Assembly (NCBI RefSeq): GCF_006345805.1
Contig: NC_043006.1
Coordinates: 79,236,001-79,300,000, forward strand
DNA: 64,000 nt
Reading direction: 5' to 3'
DNA from: Octopus sinensis
Taxonomy: Eukaryota
Below, piece after piece: positions 51,301 to 59,992 of the stretch (positions are counted from its first letter, which is position 1; every line of letters starts with the position of its first letter). The notes under the pieces are model-generated. The model did no database searches. It worked only from the letters and a program-made list of their open reading frames with translations, and was not told the origin of the DNA. Made by a program: the position numbers and the translations under genes.

Positions 51301-54300
51301 TTTCCTACCCTTTAATGACAAAAAACAAAACTGAGTTTGCACCCATGTGATTCTTCTTTCTTTTCCATGGTGTTGGACAAGTTTTTAAAAGCTTAACATT
51401 AAAAACAGCAATTTGCTTATTTGCTTTTCAATTTTCACAACCACACTTTTAGGGGATCTAGCCCCCACCATAAGAAAACCTCCAATCTAATGTATAATTT
51501 ATTTAAGACTGTGATGTGTAATATGAGGGAGATTCGGCAGCTATTTCTAGCAGGTAAAGTGACCATATAGAGGTTCTCCAATGCACACACCACCACTGCC
51601 AACTCCATATATGGTTAATATTAATAACAGCCTAAGCAGTATTATCAAGTTATTGACTTCACATCAGATATAATCACGTGATCACATGACCAACCAAACT
51701 ATTGGATACTGTCACACATCACTAGCCACAATGAACTTCGCAGCATTTTAGCCTTCAGATGATGTCGCCCTGCTGGCTAGGCAAGCAAGCCAACATTCCG
51801 CCCTGTACCCAATGATAAAAAGATGGGGTGCAGGAGCAATGTTAAATGAAGTTTTTGCTCAAGAACAGAATGCACCACTGTACCGCTTGGTGTTGGAACT
51901 GAACCCATGATCTAGCAATTGTGAGTTCAACAGCATAACCACCAGGCCACATGAGATATAATACATAAAGAAAAATAAGGAAATCTTTAGAATAAGGAAA
52001 CAAAAGTTGGAATAAATTATTTATGAATTCTTAATTGACTTGCACCTGAATATCTTAGCCATTGTTCCAAGAACTTGGAAATCATTCAAGATTGAGTAGA
52101 ATCCTATTTAGTTTATTTTCATTCCTTCCAAGTACAACCACAGTTCACTGTTTCAAAGAAAACCATGTTTCTGTTTTGGTTTGTATTTTCTGTTTGTTTT
52201 TTTTTTTCTTTGCATGGGTGTGTGGTTAAGAAGCTGTCTTCCCAACCACATAGTTTCAGGTTCAACCCTTTGTTTATTCAATTTAAGTGTTCCATATAAC
52301 AACTGCTAAATCTATGCAAATTACAAAAGCAAAGAAGAAAATGGGAGGAGGAGGAGAAATCAGATGAAATCTGGGTCATTTTTTGCCTTAAAAATATAGT
52401 AAAGGATATTTAGTAAGTCACATATGCTAAATTATAATCCTTTCTATTATAGACATATAGACACGAGGCCTGAAGTTTTTGGGGGAGGGACTAGTCGATT
52501 ACATTGACCCCAGAATTTCACTGGTACTTAATTTATTGACCCTGAAAGGATGAAAGGCAAAGTCAACCTCGGCGGAATTTGAACTCAGAACGTAGCGATG
52601 GGTGAAATATCGCTAAGCATATCGCCTGGCATGTTAAAGATTCTGCCAGCTCACCGCCTTTATGCTACAATATAATACTGACTAATAACTAGTTTTATAT
52701 AGGTGCCGGTATGACCATGAGGTTAAGAAATTTGCTTTCCAACCACATGATTTTAGGGTTCAGTCCCGCTGCATGACACCTTGGGTTAAAATGCACAAGT
52801 GTTAAAACACAGATTTTGGATTTCTTTATTGCCCACAAGGGGCTAAACATAGAGAGGACAAACAAGGACAGACAAAGGGATTAAGTTGATTATATCGACC
52901 TCAGTGTGTAACTGGCACTTAATTTATCGACCCCGAAAGGATGAAAGGCAAAGTTGACCTCGGCGGAATTTGAACTCAGAATGTAAAGACAGACAAAATA
53001 CCTATTTCTTTACTACCCACAAGGGGCTAAACACAGAGCGGACAAACAAGGACAGACAAACGGATTAAATCGATTATATCGACTCCAGTGTGTGACTGGT
53101 ACTTATTTAATCGACCCCCGAAAGGATGAAAGGCAAAGTCGACCTCGGCGGAATTTGAACTCAGAACATAGCGGCAGATGAAATACCTATTTCTTTACTA
53201 CCCACAAGGGGCTAAACACAGAGAGGACAAACAAGGACAGACAAACAGATTAAGTCGATTATATCGACCCCAGTGTGTAACTGGTACTTAATTTATCGAC
53301 CCCGAAAGGATGAAAGGCAAAGTCGACCTCGGCGGAATTTGAACTCAGAATGTAAAGATAGACGAAGTACCATTACACATTTCGCCCAACATGCTAACGT
53401 TTCTGCCAGCTCGCCGCCTTAAAACACAGATTTCTTATCAGTGAAGAAGAGCTATTGCATTTAAAGCTTTTCAAGCATAATCTGAAAACAAATTAATAAG
53501 TACAAGCAGCTTTGTGTTCATTTGAAACCTATCTAAGTGAATAAAGTCATATGCCTAATCCCTTTTGTTATCATATTTCTGCTGAAATTTGCTGCCTTTG
53601 TTTCAATTGATTTTGAAAATTATGAAGAAATTAGTAAAATAACTTTATCATCCTTAAGCTGGTGTTCAGAACAAATTAACATGAAATTTTGATGTAAAGT
53701 TATCATTCAGATCACTTTAACCCTTTAGTTACCATATTTTTGCCAAAATACATTGTCTTCGTTTCAATTAACTTTGAAAATGATGAAGAGTTTAGGGAAA
53801 CAGATTTGATATAATGAAGCTGATATCTGGAACATAAATTAATACAAAATTTCAATAGGAGTGACTGTGTGGTAAGTAGTTTGCTTACCAGCCACATGGT
53901 TCTGGGTTCATTCCCACTGCGTGTCTCCTTGGGCAAGTGTCTTCTACTACAGCCTTGAGCCAACCAAAGCCTTGTGAGTGGATTTGGTAGACGAAAACTG
54001 AAAGAAGCCCATCATTGGCCATTTGCCAGCCTCCTGTGGCCCTTGTGCTGGTGGCACCCACTACACTCATGGAGTGGTTGGCGTTAGGAAGGGTATCCAG
54101 CTGTAGAAACATTGCCAGATCAGACTGGAGCCTGGTGCAGCCTCCTTGCTTCTCAGACCCCGGTCGAACTGTCCAACCCATGCTAGCATGGAAAACGGAG
54201 CTAAACAATGATGATGATGATGATGATTATATATATATATATATAATGTATGTGTGAGTATATGTTTGTATGCTTGTGTTTGTCCCCACCCAACATTGCT

Positions 54301-57300
54301 TGACAACCAATGGTGGTGTGTTTACATCCCCATAACTTAACAGTTCGGCAAAAGAGACTGATAGAATAAGTACTAGGCTTCCAAAGAATAAGTCCTGGGG
54401 GTCGATTTGCTTGACTAAAAGGCAGTACTCCAGCATGGTCACAGTCAAATGACTGAAACAAGTAAAAGAGAGTAAAAGATAGATTTGAAACATTTTGGCA
54501 TTTAGGTAACCCACCTCAAATAAAATGCTTCTTTATTCACACTGTTTTGAATTAATTATGCATTATTTTGTAGCTTCAAGATTTCAATGTTATGATTGTT
54601 TATTTTTTAAATGACATTGTAGGGTAGGTGTAATAGGCTGGGGTTTGACTGGTTTGAAAATAAAACAAGTAGAGTGTTTTGGCCAAACATGGTCAGTTTA
54701 AATGCAAAAAGTTAAAACAGGAAGTTTGTTTCATAAAACAAGGAGTAGTCTCAAATGGGTTGGTACCAAGAGAATTATGCAGATGTTTGGAACAGAATTA
54801 AGACAAAATTTTAATCAAAGGTTTTAATCTTGATCACTTTGTAACAAACACCATCTGAGCATGGCCGTTCGCCAGCCTCGTCTGGCACCTGTGTTGGTGG
54901 CACATAAAAAACACCATCCGAGCATGGCCGTTCGCCAGCCTCGTCTGGCACCTGTGTCGGTGGCACATAAAAAACACCATCCGAGCGTGGCTGTTCGCCA
55001 GCCTCGTCTGGCACCTATGTCGGTGGCACATAAAAAGCACCCACTACACTCACGGAGAGGTTGGCGTTAGGAAGGGCATCCAGCTGTAGAAATACTGCCA
55101 GATCTGACTGGCCTTGTGCAGCCTTCGGGCTTCCCAGACCCCAGTTGAACCGTCCAAACCATGCTAGTATGGAAAGCAGATGATGATGATGATGAGGATG
55201 TTTAAACCAGCCATATCCAGCCCAAATATTCTATGTTTTATATTCAAACTGGCGATATCTGGCCTCTCACACCTAACCTACAATGTCATGCTAAAAATAA
55301 ACAATCACATCATTGAAACCTCAAAAGCTATAAGATAATGCAGGATTAATTAAGAACAATTTGAGTAAAAAAAATATTACCTTTAACAGAGTAATCTGAA
55401 CACTAAAGGGTTAAACAGGAAGTTTGTATTACAGAACCAAGGGAGATCTCCAAGGGGCTGATATCAAAAGGGTTCAAATGTCAAAGAGAAAAAAATAAGA
55501 CAAAGTGTAATACATACCATGCCTTGTGTACCGATTTTGGATCTAAATCACGTAATGGAATTTTCACCTCTCCAAGAAAAGCACCAGGAAAGATACCACC
55601 TAAGACTTCTCGAGACACTTTGGTATCATCATGCCACAATGATATACTGAAATGACAATTGTGTAAAACATTGGTTGGAGTTTCAAACCCCAGTGGAAAT
55701 AATTATTTCTTGAACATTCTTTTCATTACAAAATACAGATTGAAAGAAAATGAACACAGAACAGGTTGCTTACCCAACCATGTGGTCGCTGGTTCAGTCC
55801 CACTGTGCAGCAACTTGGACAAGGGTCTGTTTTCTACTATAGCCCTGGGACAACCAAAACCTTGAAAGTGTATTTGGCAGATGGTCACTGAAAGGAGTTG
55901 ATCACGTGTGTGTATGTATGTGTGTGTGTGAGTGTGTTTGTTCTTGTCCTCACATCGTGTGATGGCTGTTAACAAGCATCACTATAATACAAGTGGAAGC
56001 ACATGGCCTAGTGGTTAGAGCAGCGGACTTGCGGTTGAGGGATCGCGGGTTCAAATCTCAGACCGGACGATGTGTGTGTTTATGAGCAAAACACCTAAGC
56101 TCCACGCAGCTCCAGCAAAAGGTAATGGCAAAACTTCTGCTGACTCTTTCGCCACAACTTTCTCTCACTCTTTCCTCCTGCATCTTGCAGCTCACCTGTG
56201 ATGGACCGGCGTCCTGTCCAGGTGGGGAACCTATACGCCAAGAAACAAGGAAACCAGCCCTTATGAGCCAGGCATGGCTCGAGAAGGAACAAACGAAACT
56301 ATAATACAAGTGAGGTCATTGGTTTCCAGCCTTCCAAGGAAACCCATGTCTAGCCATGGGAAATTATTACCTTGCCTCGAAACAGGTGAGGTTAGCAATA
56401 GGAAGGGCATCAGGTGATAGCCGAAACTCCATCTGACAACAAATTTCATCTGAACCATACAAACATAGGAAAGTAGACACTAAGTGGTGCTGATGATAAC
56501 GGTACTGCAAAGCTTCTACCAACATGAAAGAGTAGACACCAATAGCAACAACATCAACAATGATGCTAAGATAAATGTCCCTGATATTTATGGGTAGGGG
56601 TTGAGGGTAACAGTAACAACAATTTTATGAACTCACCATACATCTCCACTGAGAAAATCTTCAAAAATGTATTGGTTTCTGTCCCCATTTTGATTCCTTT
56701 TGTCAAGCTGAGAGAAAAAAAACAAGAAAAAAGATTTTTTAAAGTCTTTTTAAGCTGAAGATATTTCTAAAAGGAATTCTCAACAAATTTGTTTCGAAAA
56801 TGAGAGATATTAGCAGACATTTGAAAAAATTACAAGGTACTAACAACAATATCTTGTATTTAAAATAAAAAGAAATAATAATAAAAACCTTTAGCCATTT
56901 GCAGGTATGGCTGGGGGCAGACATGGCTCTGTGGTTACTAAGAAGTCCACTTCTCAACCACACAGTTTTAGATTCAATTTCACTGCATGGAACCATGGGC
57001 AAGTGTCTTCTACTGCAGCCCAGGTCAACCAAAGTTTTGTAAGTGGAAACTGAAAGAAGCCCAGCATGTGTATGTGTGTGTGTGCGTGTCACCATTTCCT
57101 TGCCTTGACATCGCACAATTGTTGTAAATGAGTGTAACTCACATGCAAGTTATACTTTTTGTCGCCAATATTCTGTGGAAACATGACTGGTCATGGGAAA
57201 ATAATATCTTACTTGGAAACAAGTCAGTACTGGTGACAGGAATGGTGCCCAGCCATAGAAAATCCACCTAAAACAAATTGTCTGAGCCATGACAGCAGGG

Positions 57301-59928
57301 AAAAGAAGACATCAAAAAACAATGATGATGATGATCATCATCATCATCATTTAACATCCGCTTTCCATGCTAGCATGGGTTGGACAATTTGACTGAGGAC
57401 TGGCGAACCAGATGGCTGCACCAGGCTCCAATCTGATCTGGTAGAGTTTCTACAGCTGGATGCCCTTCCTAATGCCAACCACTCTGAGAGTGTAGTGGGT
57501 GCTTTTACGTGCCACCGGCACAAGGGCCAGTCTGGCGGTACTGGGAACGGCCACGATCAAATAGTGTTTTTCACATGCCACCTGCACAGCAGTCAGTCCA
57601 GCGGCACTGACAACGACCTTGCTCGAATGTTTTGTTCGCGTGTGAGTGAGGTCGTTGCCAGTGCCGCTGGACTGACTCCTGTGCAGGTGATGATGACAAA
57701 TATGATGATGGTGAAGAATAGTAAAACCTGGATGTATAACAGTACAAAGTTTGTGGGTATGCTTGTAAAAGTGTTTGTGTGTGTTGCGATAGCTTCATAC
57801 ATGCATTATAAGAGGTGACATGATACATGTTGTGTAATAATGCATAGTTAGTAGAATAAGGGTACTATTTCATTCCACCTGCTTGCAATGCTTTTGCTTA
57901 TACCTTACTCTCACTAGTGAACCCATGTGGTGAACAAGGAAGCAGCTTAACTGTGGGCTTAATTTCTTCCAGGAACACAGCCTCTCAAGATATTCCTAAC
58001 AGATTTTCTCATGACCTTATTTAGAAATGAGGTGATGTGAAATCCCACATAAGTTTGGCTGGGAATCTCAAAGCAGCCATACTTCTTACCAACCACTGCT
58101 TTGCTTCCTTGCAAGTGGATCCAAGATGTAGGAGTGTCCATCATGTATTAAAAATAAGCAATGGTGGTCAGCATTGAGGCATTTTCTGATGGACTGAAAT
58201 TCCAACAACTTCCAGGAGCTGGGAAGAGGGGACCTAGAAAAAAAATAGCTTGAAGATCATCCACTCAACTTGACCCCATGACTACAAGGGTCCTTTCTAT
58301 GCAGCGTTACAGCCCATAGCTACAAATTTCAGATATGAGAAGTCTGGACCCTTCTGTCACAACTGCAAAACGTTCTTAGTCCAATATCACTAGAGACATG
58401 AAGAAAGTATGATGATGTTGGTACCGGTGTCTTGGTTTGCTGAACAACCTGTATGATGAATATTATTATAGAAAGCATGGATTGTGCAGAACCAGCCCCA
58501 CTATCTCATCTATCAAACTTGTATTGGTCTTGCAGTTCTATATTTAAGAGAAGAGGAATTATGTACATTATTTACATTTGACAGATATTTGGCCTCATCT
58601 TGTTTGTTTCGGCTGATATACCCTCCAGCCTTCATTAGGTCCCTTGAGGAAATTTCGAACGTGGGCTCTCTTCCTAAGGTATTTTTCAATGTTGTTGTTG
58701 TTATTGTTATTATTCAGGTCACTGCCTGGAATCGAACTCAGAATCTTGGGGTTAGTAGCCCACGCTCTTAACCACTACGCCATATGCCCGTGGGTCTTGT
58801 ATTGATCTTGTGGTGCAAGTGCCATAAACTCAGTATTTATCAGGATGCAGAATTTGTATGGAGTTACCTTCTCTTAGATGAAAAGCTAAAGAGCTGAAGG
58901 GTTTCATCTATTCTGGGTCCATAGGGGGTGACCACAGTGACCTGCTAATTAACTCTTCAGCATTTAAATTGGCCATGTCCAGCCCAAATATTCTACCTTG
59001 TTTTATGTTCAAACCAACCAGAGGGAAGGGGGTAGAGAGAAAGAGTGAGAGTGGGAGACAGCAAGTGTGCAAAAAAGGGTTCACCCATAGCTGGGACCTT
59101 TGTAGGTACCATTATTAGTGCCCTAACAGGTGGCATGAGAAGGAGATCAAGTGAAATAACCCAGATGGGGATCAAACCTGCTGGAGAGGTTTGTCACTGT
59201 GCATCACCCTTCTCCACATTTCAAAGCAACCCCCTACCACCACCACCACCCTCAAAAATCTCCCACTTACATCAAAGAAAAACGTTTCTTCAAACTGTGG
59301 ACAAATTGTCTTCTTCTTGACGCTCGTCCGCTTCACTTCTTCTCTGTGCCGAGATTTTCCAAAAGTTAACGTGATGACAGCATAAGGATTGCACGCACCA
59401 TTGACCACGGTCAAGTCCAAGCATTCAATAACTCTGTTGGATGGAAAACAACAATATTATCAACAACAGCAAAAAAAAACAATACAGGAAGAGACTGGAG
59501 AGTCAAGACATTGACGACGAGATAACGATGATGACAATGATGATAACAGGTGTGGAGATGATAGTGATGATGATGAACATGATGATGATAATAGATGTGG
59601 AGGTGATGATGATGATGATGCAATGCAGATGATGATGATGGTGGTGGTGACAATGATGATGATGATGATGATAGTAGTAGTGATGACGATGATGGTGGTG
59701 GTGGTGCCGATTATGATGATAACAGTTGTGATGGTGACAATGATGACGACGACAATGAGAGTTGTGGTGGTAGTGGCAGCGATGATAATTTTCTTTCTTT
59801 ACTTGTTTCAGTCATTTGACTGCGGCCATGCTGGAGTACTGCCTTTAGTCAAGCAAGTGTTTAATAAAATGAAGTAGCATGAAACAATTGTACTACTCTA
59901 CCTTGGATATCCTTGTTGCTTATTTTGA

Positions 59929-59992
<64 letters not shown>

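Noticed and set aside
52817-53420. CRISPR-like or satellite array
   Set aside because: Units are whole SINE bodies with no unique spacers; eukaryotic context.
55996-56075. tRNA genes (also 48870-48948, 58720-58790)
   Set aside because: A and B boxes are present but the acceptor stems do not close, and each continues into a SINE body, in two cases bounded by a TSD.
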